The position numbers and the translations under genes were made by a program. Below are positions 27,868 to 40,002 of a DNA stretch of 64,000 nt, in pieces. Under the pieces are notes generated by a model. The model did not search any database and was not told where the DNA came from. It was given only the letters and a program-made list of their open reading frames with translations. Each line of letters begins with the position of its first letter. Position 1 is the first letter of the stretch. Source of the DNA: Malacoraja senta (taxonomy: Eukaryota); the NCBI GenBank assembly GCA_038087875.1, contig CM075991.1, positions 806,001 to 870,000 on the forward strand, in the 5' to 3' direction.

Positions 27868-28025
27868 AGGGCGGCACGGTGGCGCAGCGATAGAGTTGCT
27901 GCCTTACAACGCCGGAGACCCGGGTTCAATCCTGTCTACGGAGATTGTACGTTCTCCCCGTGACCGCATGGGTTTTCACCTGCAGCTCAGATTTCCTGAC
28001 CACATTCCAAAGACAAACTGGTTTG
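27868..28025 (+). mobile_element. tRNA-derived SINE head (HE1/V-SINE-like)
   Basis: A-box-like GGTGGCGCAGCGATAG and B-box GGTTCAATCC. Related copies at about 5895, 21420, 45117, 48880(-) and 57230(-). Confidence 0.75.
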
Positions 28026-28191
28026 TGTAGGAAAGAACTGCAGATGCTGGTTCAAATCAAAGGTAGACACAAAATGCTGGAGTAACTCAGCAGGACAGGC
28101 AGCATCTCTGGAGAGAAGGAATGGGTGACGTTTCCGGTCCAGACCAGAGATGCTGCCTGTCCCGCTGAGTTACTCCAGCATTTTGTGTCTA

Positions 28192-29460
28192 GACAATAGG
28201 TGCAGGAGTAGGCCATTTGGCCCTTCGAGCCAGCACCACCATTCAATGTGATCATGGCTGATCATCCCCAATCAGTACCCCGTTCCTGCCTTCTCCCCAT
28301 ATCCCCTGACTCCGCTATCTTCAAGAGCCCTATCTAGCTCTCTCTTGAAAGTATCCAAAGAACTGGCCTCCACCGCCCTCTGAGGCAGAGAATTCCACAG
28401 ACTCACAACTCTCTGAAAAAGTGTTTCCTCATCTCCGTTCTAAATGGCTTACCCCTTATTCTTAAACTGTGGCCCCTGGTTCTGGATTCCCCCAACATGG
28501 GGAACATGTTTCCTGTCTCTAGCGTGTCCAAACACTTAATAATCTGAATGTTTAAGAAGGAACTGCAGATGCTGGAAAATTGAAGGTAGACAAAAATGCT
28601 GGAGAAACTCAGCGAGTGAGGCAGCATCTATGGAGCGAAGGAAATAGGCAACGTTTCCGGTCGAAACCCTTCTTCAAAAGTCTGAGTTTCTCCAGCATTT
28701 TTGTCTACTTAATAATCTTATATGTTTCAATAAGATCCACTCTCATCTTTCTAAATTCCAGAGTATACAAGCCCAGCCGCTCCATTCTCTCAGCATATGA
28801 CAGTCCCGCCATCCCGGGAATTAACCTTGTAAACCTACGCTGCACTCCCTCAATAGCAAGAATGTCCTTCCTCAAATTAGAGGACCAAAACTGCACACAA
28901 TATTCCAGGTGTGGTCTCACGAGGGACCTGTACAACTGCAGAAGGACCTCTTTGCTCCTATATTCGATTCCTCTTGTTATAAAGGCCAACATGCCATTCG
29001 CTTTCTTCACTGCCTGCTGTACCTGCACGCTTACTTTCATAGACTGATGTACAAGGACCCCCAGATACCGTTGTACTTCCCCTTTTCCCAACTTGTCACC
29101 ATTTAGATAATAATCTGCCTTCCTGTTTTTGCTACCAAAGTGGATAACCTCACATTTATCCACATTAAACTGCATCTGCATGCATCTGCCCACTCACCCA
29201 ACCTGTCCAAGTCACCCTGCATTCTCATAGCATCCTCCTTACAGTTCACATTGCCACCCAGCTTTGTGACATCTGCAAATTTGCTAATGTTACTTTGAAT
29301 CCCTTCATCCAAATCATTGAAGTATATTGTAAATAGCTGCGGTCCCAGCATTGAGCCTCGCGGTACCCCACTAGCCTGCCATTCTGAAAGGGACTCGTTA
29401 ATCCCTACTCTTTGTTTCCTGTCGGCCAACCTATTTTCTATCCATGTCAGCACTCTACCT
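28192..29460 (-). mobile_element. CR1 LINE (RT through 3' end) interrupted by a Penelope terminal-repeat insertion (about 28546-28706)
   Basis: ORFs 29103..29453, 28705..29193 and 28403..28627. The insert is flanked by the direct repeat acttaataatct. Confidence 0.9.
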
Positions 29461-30800
29461 TCGACATACAGGTTTGTAAAATTGTCCCTACTCTGTGTAT
29501 GATAGTGTTAGTGTACGGATCTCACAGACTGAATGTGGGGGAAGGAACTGCAGATGCTGGTTTAAACCAAAGATAGACCAAATGCTGGAGTAACTCAGCG
29601 GGACAGGCAGCGTCTCTGGAGAGAAGGAATGGGTGACGTTTCGGGTTGAGACCCTTCTTCAGACTGAGCTAAAGCGCTAAAACGAAGCCGAGCGCATTTT
29701 GCTGCTCTACGATGCAGACACCGTGTGCAAAGAGATGAAAATCCGCTCACATTATATCCCTGAACTTGGAAATAACTGATGGTTATGAACACCATGGACG
29801 CTGCTTGTCCTCGTGCTAAACAAGTACCTCATTCCAGCAGAACAATGCAGTTATGCAACAATGCTTGATTCAATGAAACACTGACACCGTGAGATGGAGG
29901 TGGAAGGAACTGGCATCCAGGGTTTTGAATCAAGCAGAGACCACAGTTCTAATAACACGTGTTCCAGGTGTTTATTGCATCTGTGTCCGGCGCTGGGTAG
30001 GTTGTCCACGCTGTGACGTCCTGCCCTCTGCAGAACGCTGGGACGCGCCGTCACCCCGTGGCCTGCTCCGTGTTCTCGCCGTGTGCGTGTGCGTGTTCAC
30101 GGTGCATCTCCCGAGCAGACTGCACCCCTGCATGACGTGTCCCGCCCCTCTGGGGTCATGGCTCCTTGCTGTGGGAGTGAGTGGGGGGGAGGCAGGAGAG
30201 TATCCTTGCCCCCCCAGCCCCTTGTGAGGGGGGCAGCTCGGCCATGGCAGTGGCACGGTGATGGTGGGTCACAGCACCCCCTCGCCCCACAGCTGTGGGA
30301 GAGACAAGGTCAGTGAGAGTGCCCAGCCCCCCCCCCCACCCGTCCTCTGTTCACCTCCCCCTGCCTGACCTCTGCCCACCCACCCTCCCCACTGTGAACT
30401 TCCTGCCCACATCCACTCGACACCGGGTACAGGGTACGGGGCTGGTGACATGGCTTGGGGGGAGACGACATGAGGAGCAGACACAGACGCCCCGGTGAGA
30501 CGCCAGCTGGCGTGTGCGGGTGTGTCTGGACACAAAGCTGGGGTCAGAGTTCCTCTGGGTGGCAGGGATGGGGCAGTTAGCACGGTGACCCCATCTCGTG
30601 CAGCTGTTAACATGCTACCCCTCCTGGCCCAGTGCCCACCCTCTCACCCGGTACACTTGTCCCCGAGTGAACATGCCAACCTCAGACCCTCGCCACCGTG
30701 GCACAGTCGCGGACCACAGCCAATGCCTGGGCGGGGAGTCAGGTACACACCCACCGGGCCTGCGGGCAGACGGACAGACCCATCAGTCTGGACCACCCCT

Positions 30801-31075
30801 AACACCCTGCACCATGTAACCATACTCCCTGTGCCATGCACCCTGCACCCTTCAACACTGCACCATGCAACCTTGCACCCTTCAACACTGCACCATGCAA
30901 CCCTGCACCCTTCAACACTGCACCATGCAACCCTGCACCCTTCAACACTGCACCATGCAACCCTGCACCCTTCAACACTGCACCATGCAACCCTGCACCC
31001 TTCAACCGTGCACCATGCAAACTTGCACCATGCAACACTGCACCCTTCACCACTGCACCATGTAAACATACTGCC
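30801..31075. repeat. 30-nt minisatellite (ccctgcacccttcaacactgcaccatgcaa), built from two related 15-mers
   Basis: About 6 near-perfect units plus degenerate flanking units. Confidence 0.92.
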
Positions 31076-31384
31076 TGTACCATGACCCTCGCTGACAGTG
31101 GGAGGGAAGATTTGGTTTGCAAATTGGTCCGTCAGCCGCGGACTGCATGAGGCTCAGGGCATGGACACACGTGGATACACACGCCCCTCTCCTCACACCC
31201 ACACAGACCAGATCACAAAGAGTTGGCACCTTCCCTTCCATATCCAGTGAAAATTCATCCATCAATAGGACAAAAATCACAACCTTACCACCTTGCTGTT
31301 GCAATGTACAAGTTAACCTGGATCCAATGGTTTAATGGCTGTATTGTCACACGTACCTAGGTACAGTGAAATTCCTTTTTGCAT

Positions 31385-34300
31385 AGTCATAGAGTGATAC
31401 AGTGTGGAAACAGGCCCATCAGCCCAACTTGCCCACACCGGCCAACAAGTCCCAGCTACATTAGTCCCACCTGCCTGCGTTTGGTTCATATCCCTCCAAA
31501 CCTGTCCTATCCATGTACCTGTGTAACTGTTTCTTAAACGTTGGGGTAGTCCCAGCCTCAACTACCTCCTCTGGCAGCTTGTTCCATACACCCACCACCC
31601 TTTGTGTGAAAAAGTTACCTCTCAGGCTCTTAATAAATCTTTTGCCCTTCACCTTAAACCTCTCTTCTGGGCCTCGTTTAACCTAGTCTGGGCAAGAGAC
31701 TGTGCATCTACCCGCTTTATTACTCTCATGATTTTATACACTTCTATAAGATCACCTCATCCTCCTGCGCTCCAAGGAATAGAGTCCCACCCTACTTAAC
31801 CTCTCCCTACAGCTCAGACCCTCTAGTCCTGGCAACATCCTCGTAAATCTTCACTGTACCCTTTCCAGCTTGACAACATCTTTCCTATAACATGGTGCCC
31901 AGAACTGAACACAATAGTCTAAATGTGGCCTCACCAACGTCTTATACAACTGCAACATGACCTCCCAACTTCTGTACTCAATACTCTGACCGATGAAGGC
32001 CAATGTGCCAAAAGCCTTTTTGACCGCCTTATCTACCTGCGACTCCACCTTCAAGGAACCATGCACCTGTACTCCTAGATCCCTCTGCACTGCAACACTC
32101 CCCAGAGCCCTACCATTCACTGTGTAGGTCCTGCCCTTGTTAGACTTCCCAAAATGCAACACCTCACATTCCATCAACCATTGCTCAGCCCACCTGGACA
32201 ATCGATCCAGATCCTGCTGTAATTGTTCACAACCATCTTCACTATCTGCAAAACCACTCACTTTTGTATCATCAGCAAACTTGCTAATCTTGCCCTGTAT
32301 GTTCTCATCCAAATCATTGATATAGATGACAAACAGTAATGGGCCCAGCACCGAACCCTGTGGCACACGACTAATCACAGGCCTCCAGTCTGAAAAGCAA
32401 CCTTCCACTATCACCCTCTGTAGATTGATGATGCATGTGAATCAATCACACTTAGTTGGCATCACTAACTCCACCCCATTATAACAATTATACTAACGCC
32501 CATTCCCAGCACCGTTAGTTGAAGCAGCCAGGATGAACTGACAACACCTAGATCTGTAATGCTGCTAAGTTAATGTGCTGAATAAAGATGTGTGTAAATC
32601 ATATACGCTTTGAAGTGATTTACACGCAAATCGAAAAGGAACTGCTGGCGGTCGTCTTTGCCTGCTCCAAATTCCACGACTTCGTCTTTGGCAACACGTT
32701 CATGGTTGAGACGGACCACCAGCCACTGGTGACAATCTTGAACAAGCCTATCCACGCCGCCCCAGCTCGTTTGCAGCGCATGATGATGCAGCTACAGCGG
32801 TACGACTTCTCTATTACCTACAAAAAGGGCAAGGACATGCATGTTGCTGACACACTCTCTTGTGCCCCTCGAACATCTTGCGAACAACACCCACACGAAC
32901 AGGAGGATTTCACTGTTCTCGGTGTTGGTCTAATCTCCAGCAAGCAACTGCGCACCCTGGCCGCGCGCACTGCCAAGGATGCTACGCTTCAAGCCCTCTC
33001 GTCCATCATCAAGACAGGCTGGCCAGGCAAACAATCCAACACGCCCACTGAGGTGCAGCCGTACTTCTTGGTCCGCGATGAACTGGTGGTTCAGGATGGT
33101 GTGGTCGTCAAGGGCCACTATCCAGCAACGTCTCCAAGAGAAGCACGAGACCCAGAAACGGTCATATGACAGTTCCAGCAGACCACTCCAGCCTCTACTG
33201 CCGGGCCAGGTCGTCCGTCTACGAACTCCAACTGGACATTCTCGTCTGGGCGTTGTTGTGCGCCCGACTGATGAGCCGCGATCGTACCTTGTGGACTGTG
33301 AGGGAGCGGTTTACCGGAGAAGTCGTCAACACCTGCTTGCTGTGAAGGAGCCCCGACCGCCGCCTGCCGATCCCTATGCTCCGCCGCTCCAGTTCCAGCC
33401 ACCTTCCGCGATGTCTCCCGCCCGTCCCCGCATGCCTGCCACTCCCCCACGTCTATCGGTCTCCAATAACCACGGGGTTTCACCCACCGCATGTTTCCCC
33501 CCTCGGTCACCACAATCCTCTCCCGTGCGGTTTTCACCTTCAACCTCCCCGCCTCATCCTTCAGTTGAGGGAGGGGATGGTTGGGTCCGCACGCGTTCGG
33601 GCCGTGTTAGTAGACCACCAGACAGGTATGGCGAGTATGTTTAATATGCTTTTAATCTTTAGGGGAAAGGATGTAGATTGAGGATGCATGTGAATCAATC
33701 ACACTTAGTTGGCATCACTAACTCCACCCCATTATAACAATTATACTAACGCCCATTCCCAGCACCGTTAGTTGAAGCAGCCAGGATGAACTGACAACAC
33801 CTAGACCTGTAATGCTGCTAAGTTAATGTGCTGAATAAAGATGTGTGAAAATCATATACGCTTTGAAGTGATTTACACCCTCTGCTTCACTTCCAAGAAG
33901 CCAATTTTTTATCCATTCAGCTATCTCTCCTTGGATCCCATGTGATCTAACCTTCCAGAGCAGCCTACCATGAGGATCTTGTTGAACGCCTTACTGAAGT
34001 CCATGTACCCAACATCTACAACTCTGCCCTCATCGACCTTGTTGGTCAAAAAACGGAATCAGATTTGTGAGACACGACCTCCCACGTACAAAACTATGCT
34101 GACTATCCCTAATCAGCCCTTGTCCATCTAAATGCCTGTATATCCTATCCCTCAGAATACTCTCCAGTAACTTTCCAACTACAGATGTTAAGCTCACCGG
34201 CCTATAGTTCCCAGCATTTTCCCTGCAGCCCTTCTTGAATAGGAGCACAACCTTTGCCACCCTCCAGTCTTCCGGCACCTCTCCTGTATTTAAAGACGAC

Positions 34301-34536
34301 TCGTAAATTTCAACCAAATTTCCTCTCTAGTTTCCCCCAATCCCCTTGGATGTATCTGATCGGGCCCTGGAGATTTGACTACCTTCATATACGATAGTAC
34401 CTTCAGCACCTCTTCCACCATAACACTGACTGCTTTCAAGACACTTCCATTGACTGCCCCAAGTTCCACCGCCCTCCTGTATTTCTCCTCGGTAAATACA
34501 GAGGAGAAATACTTATTATGGATCTTGTCCATCTCC
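31385..34536 (-). mobile_element. CR1 LINE (second subfamily) split by an LTR element
   Basis: ORFs 34290..34532, 34030..34317, 31851..32414 and 31461..31652 are collinear once 32419-33877 is removed. Confidence 0.9.
32419..33877 (+). mobile_element. Internally deleted Ty3/Gypsy LTR retrotransposon (1459 bp)
   Basis: 206-bp TG...CA LTRs at 32419-32624 and 33672-33877 (3 mismatches counted by eye). 5-bp TSD CCCTC. PPT AGGGGAAAGGA at 33661-71. Internal RNase H (QIEKELLAVVFAC...VETDHQPL...RLQRM) and integrase C-terminal tail (SYLV...YRRSRQHL...RTRSGRVSRPPDRY). Confidence 0.96.
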
Positions 34537-34577
34537 TGTGGTTATGGTTCAACCTTGCACATTTCTGGTGACACCAC

Positions 34578-35224
34578 ATGACCAACATTACAACACTATA
34601 TACATGGACACATCCGATCTGCTCAAGTCAAAACAAATGCCTCAAAACTCGTTAGCTGGCGGTTCATTCTACAGCAAGACAATGATCCCAAACATACTGC
34701 CAAAGCAACATGGGAGTTTTTCAAAGCTAAAAAATGGTCAATTCTTGTGTGGCCAAGTCAATCACCCGATCTGAACCCAATTCAGCCTGCCTTTTTATAT
34801 GCTGTAGAGAAAACTGATGGGGACTGGCCCCCAAAACAAGCATAAACTAAAGATGGCTGCAATACAGGCCTGGCAGAGCATCAGCAGAGAAGACACCCAG
34901 CAACTGGTGATGTCCATGAATCACAGACTTCAAGCAGTCATTGCATGCAAAGGATATGCAACAAAATATTAAACATGACTACTTTCATTTACATGACATT
35001 GCTGTGTCCCAAACATTATGGTACCCAGAAATGGGGGACTATGTATAAACACAGCTGTAATTTCTACATGGTGAAACCAAAATGTATACAAATGGCCTTT
35101 AATAAAATCTGACAATGTGCACTTTAACCACATGTGTTTTTTCCATTACAAATCTCAAATTGTGGAGTACAGAGGCAAATAAATAAATGATGGGTCTTTG
35201 TCCCAAACATTATGGAGGGCCCTG
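34578..35224 (+). mobile_element. Tc1/mariner transposon 3' remnant (dead transposase plus right TIR)
   Basis: Manual translation [14 protein letters not shown]...[12 protein letters not shown] gives D-34-E spacing with E replaced by Q. The direct repeat tgtcccaaacattatgg at about 35005 and 35200 marks an IR/DR-type TIR. Confidence 0.9.
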
Positions 35225-36285
35225 AATGTCAGGTTGTCCACTTTGGTGGCAAGAACAGGAAGGCAGATTCTTATCTGAATGGTGTCAGATTAGGAAAAGG
35301 GGAGGTGCAAGGAGACCTGGGTGTGCGTATACATCAGTCACTGAAAGTAAGCATGCAGGTACAGCAGGCAGTGAAGAAAGCTAATGGCATGTTGGCCTTC
35401 ATTGCGAGAGGATTTGAGTTTAGGCGCAAGGAGGTCCTACTGCAGTTGTACAGGGCCCTGGTGAGACTGCACCTGGAGTATTGTGTGCAATTTTGGTCTC
35501 CTAATTTGAGGAAGGACATTATTGCTATTGAGGGAGTGCAGCATAGGTTCACCGTTAATTCCCGGGATGGTGGGACTGACGTATAATGAAAGAATGGGTC
35601 GACTGGGCTTGTATTCACTGGAATTTAGAAGGGTGAGAGGGGATTTTATAAAATTCTTAAAGGATTGGACAGACTAGATGCAGGAAAAATGTTCCCGGTA
35701 TTGGGGGAGTCCAGAACCAGGGGTCACGGTTTAAGAATAAGGGAATAAATTGTTTTTCACCCAGAGAGTTGTGAATCTGTGGAATTATCTGCAAAGAGTG
35801 GAGGCCAATTCACTGGATGCTTTCTGCCGTGAGAGTCTCCGTGTCGAATTCGCCCAGGTGACCGGCATGGACCAGGCTGCGGCTCGATGCATCCTGGAGG
35901 ACAACCAGTGGCTGTTGGAAGTAGGTACCAAGCACTGGGTAGAAGCGGTGGAAGATAGTGGCCTTCAAATAGAGAAAGCACCCTGCTTGCCTGCTAGATT
36001 TTCACTGCAGGAAAAATGTTCACGATGTTGGGAGGGTTCAGAACCAGGGTTCACACAGTTTAAGAATAAGGGGTAGGCCATTTAGGACTGAGATGAGTGC
36101 CAATTCACTTGATGTTTTCAAGAGAAAGTTACATTTAGCTCTTGGGGCTAGCGAAATCAAGGGATGTGGGGAAAAAACAGGAAAGAGGTACTGATTTTAG
36201 ATAAACAGCCATGATCATATTGAATGGCAGTGCTGGCTCGAAGGGCCGAATGGCCTATTCCTGCACCTATTTTCTGTGTTTCTAT
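35225..36285 (+). mobile_element. CR1 LINE 3' fragments flanking a non-LINE insert (about 35825-36005)
   Basis: ORF 35212..35586 has CR1 motifs; LINE 3' sequence resumes at about 36006. Confidence 0.85.
35825..35926 (+). pseudogene. tdp2: Isolated TDP2-like exon fragment (N-terminal UBA-like domain) with its splice donor
   Basis: RESLRVEFAQVTGMDQAAARCILEDNQWLLE|GTAGGT resembles the recalled human TDP2 RRLLCVEFASVASCDAAVAQCFLAENDWEME. CpG-rich, unlike its LINE flanks. Confidence 0.7.
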
Positions 36286-37445
36286 GCTTGAGTATATGGC
36301 AATAAAACACAACCACTTGATTTTGAAGTATTCATGCATGGTGGAGGTATAATGTAGTCATACAGTGATTCAATGTGAAAACAGGCCCTTCGGCACAACT
36401 TGCCCACACCCGCCAACATGTCCCAGCTACACTACCTGCTTTTGGTCCATATCCCTCCAAACCTGTCCTAGCAATGTATCAGTCTAACTGTTTATTAAAT
36501 GTTGGGATAGTCCCTGCCTCAACTACCTCCTCTGGCAGCTTGTTCCATACACCCACCACCCTTTGTGTGGAAAAAGTTACCCCTTAAAAAATTACCTCTT
36601 AAAAATACTTCAAACAAAAAACATTGAAATCATACTTCTACAATGCACTAAATTTATTACATCAAATTTCAATGTCCCTACCGTGGGAGGGGGACACCCC
36701 CCTCCCATACCCTCCCCCCACTCGGTCACTCCACCCTCGCCGGGTACCCCCAAGGCCAGTGATCAATGATGTCTGGATCCCAATGCTCAGCGCTTCATGT
36801 TTCGGAGTTGGCTAATGTTATTGAATTGTAATTAGCCTAATTTGTAATTAGTTGACAAAACCTTAAATTATTAATCCGGAATATCCAGGGGGATGGGATA
36901 AGTGTAATATTAAAATGACATGCAAGGTGTCAGGCTGTCTGTCACAACATACAGCCCCAATAACCCATTATTTCCTTCAGTTAAATAGTGGGAAGGTAGC
37001 ACTATTGTCATTTGCCACTCAACTATTATGTTTGTTTACCTCACTGACTATTTCTAACCCCCCCCCCCCAAATACCTTTGACAGGTTGAATAGAAATGTC
37101 CCCAATCTCGTTGTTTTATTAATTGAACATGTAGATGAACATCCTCAAGGAGTGTAATCAAATGGAAACTGATTCAGATGTGATGTTTAAGAGCTTGTTC
37201 AAAGAAGGAGCATATTTTAAAGGAATGACAGAGATACTTGCAGGGGAATGTGTCTGGAGGTTATTATTTTTCTTTAGTTTATGCTTGAACCAGGACATCT
37301 GAAGATTCAAAGTTTAATATAGTAATTATGCTGATACTGACTCCAACCAACCATGTAATGGATATCATCCATTCCGGAGGTTTTATTTTTCTGATGCCAT
37401 TTAATCTTCACTTGGATTTCAATCACTTCAGTGTAAAATACAATC

Positions 37446-40002
37446 TTGGAAACTTTCCAATCAGGCTTCAGGGCCCAGCACAGCACAGAGTTTGCCTTGT
37501 TGAAGGTACATAATGACCTACTTCTCACTGTTGACTCCGGCGACTGTGCAATCCTGTTCCTTCTCGACCACAGCGCAGCATTTGATACTGTCGACCACAC
37601 CATCCTAATTGACCGAATTCGGGTTGGTATTGATGGCACTGCCCTGAGCTGGTTCATCTCCTACCTCAAAGGCAGGAGTTTCTCTTTTTTTTTTTTTTGT
37701 ATAATTTTTTTAATTAGAAGTACAATAATGTGGCACCAAGGTGCCTAATATATATTGACAGGTTACGTTTTATGAACAGCTTCTTCTTTTTTTTTCTTTA
37801 ACAATGAAAGAGAGAAAGAAAGAATAGGTAATAAAGAAATAGAAAAGTGTGTGATGTCTAGGTGTGTGAAAAGGAAGTGGTGGGAAAGAGGGGAAGTGAA
37901 AAAAAACAAGAAAAAAAGAAAGAAAGAGAAGTAGTAGAGCGTAAGAGATTGTAGGAGATAGTTATTTATATTCTTGACCATCCTTCACCCAGTCCTGAAA
38001 CTGCACAGTTGGTTTCTACGATTTTGTTGCACCATATGCTTCCAAGAAGTCGATAAATGGAGACCAACTCGTTAAGAATTGGTCTGATTTATCTATTAGG
38101 AGGAATCGCATTTCTTCAAGATGTGTGGTTTCCAACATGTTTGAAATCCACATTTTAAGCGTTGGTATGGGTGTATTTTTCCAAAATTGAAGTATACTTT
38201 TTTTGCCGTTATTAACCCATAATTTAAAAATGAATTTTGAAATGTGTTCAGTTTGTTCCCGTCTTCCGTTACTCCAAGTATAATCATTTCAGTGTTAGGC
38301 TCCATTTTTATCTTGAATAATTTTGTAAATATTTCAAAGATATCGCTCCAGAATTTATGAAGTTTTATGCAGGAAACAAAAAAGTGGCATTTTGAGATAA
38401 ACATTTATCACAAATGGGAGAAGTATTTGGATTAAATTTATTCAGTCTAGTTTTTGAATAATATAATCTATGTAGAATTTTGAATTGAATTAAGTTATGT
38501 CTTACATTAATCGAACATTTGTGTATATATATCAAATGCTTTTCCCATGTTTCTTTCGTGATTTTTATCAATAATTCTTGTTCCCAATCTTCTCTAAGTG
38601 CCTCTGTCAATGGTAGTTCTATGTTTAAAATACTATTATATAAATATGATATTAATTTCTGTGAGTCAGCCTTAATATTCATTGCTTCTTCCAGTGGATC
38701 TAAAGTTAAAGTTTGATATCTTGTATATATTTCTTCATGAAGTCGCAGATCTGAAGGTATTTAAAATATTGGTTATTTTTCAGTTTAAATTTTAATTGTA
38801 ATTGTTGGAATGATAACAGATTTCCCATTTCATACATATCGCCTTTTAATTCCCATTCTTTCCCATAGTTTCTCTACTAACATAGGCAACTCTTTCTCCT
38901 CCCCAGCTAGCCTCTGCTGTGGTGTTCCACAAGGTTCCATCCTTGGCTCCATTCTCTTCTCCCTGTATATGCTCCCCTTAGGCCAAATCATTCAAAGGCA
39001 CGGCATTTCCTTCCATTGCTTTGCAGACGATACACAACTCTATCTCCCCTGAAGCCCCAAAAACAATCAAATCTACTTAACCTTATCCACTGCCTCGATG
39101 ATATAAAGTGTTGGATGGCCCAGAACTCCCTCCAACTAAACGAGAGTAAGTCTGAGGTCATCCTTCTCGGCCCCTCGGACTCAATCAAAATGATAGCAGG
39201 CAGCCTTGGAAGCCTTACCCCATTACTCAAACCTCATGTCAAAAACCTTGGCGTGATATTTCACTCAGCATTGAAATTTGACAAACAAGTCAATGCCGTG
39301 GTAAAAGCTAGCTTCTTTCAGCTTCGAACGATAGCTAAAATAAAACAATTCCTCCAGTTTGACGACCTCGAAAAGACCATCCACACATTTATCTCCTCCC
39401 GCCTCGTTCACTGCAACTCCCTTTGCACTGGCATCAGCCAATCTTCCTTGACCCGCCTGTAACTGGTCCAAAACGCCGCAGCGAGACTCCTGACGGGCAC
39501 CCGAAAAAGGGACCACATCACCCCGATCCTGGCCTCTCTCTACTGGCTCCCTGTGCGGTTCCGAATAAATTTCAAGATCCTTCTTTATGTTTACAAAGCG
39601 CTTAATGGGCTTGCCCCCACCTACATCAAAAATCTGCTTACCCACCACTCCACCTCCGGGTCCCTCAGATCAGCCGACTTGGGGTTACTGAACATCCTAG
39701 GCATAAGCTCAGTGGTGACCGTGCCTTTGCGGTTGCAGCTCCTAGACTGTGGAACAGCATCCCCCTTCCCATCAGAACTGCCCCCTCCATCGACTCGTTT
39801 AAGTCGAGACTTAAAACACATCTCTACTCCCAAGCCTTTCTTGACGTCCTCAGAGCGAGGGCTATATGTATGTAGTGATGTTTGTATTTAATCTATGAAC
39901 CACTGTTGTATAACGTTAGTACCTCCACCAATGTAAAGCACTTTGGCCAACGAGAGTTGTTTTTTAAATGTGCTATATAAATAAAAGTGACTTGACTTGA
40001 CT
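37446..40002 (+). mobile_element. L2-clade LINE (RT through 3' tail) split by an L1-type insertion
   Basis: [51 protein letters not shown]; tail AATAAAA(gactt)n at about 39978-40002. Confidence 0.92.
37686..38866 (-). mobile_element. 5'-truncated L1/Tx1-clade LINE inserted in the L2
   Basis: QFKILHRLYYSKTRL...CDKC (zf-RVT-like). Poly(T) at 37686 is the poly(A) tail. 9-bp TSD AGTTTCTCT at 37677-85 and 38867-75. Confidence 0.9.

Noticed and set aside
27868..27945. tRNA gene
   Set aside because: tRNA-like A/B boxes continue into a SINE body present in many copies; no complete cloverleaf.
30495..31150. His-rich and other repeat ORFs (LHPSTLHHAT)n
   Set aside because: Translations of the 30-nt minisatellite, open in several frames on both strands.
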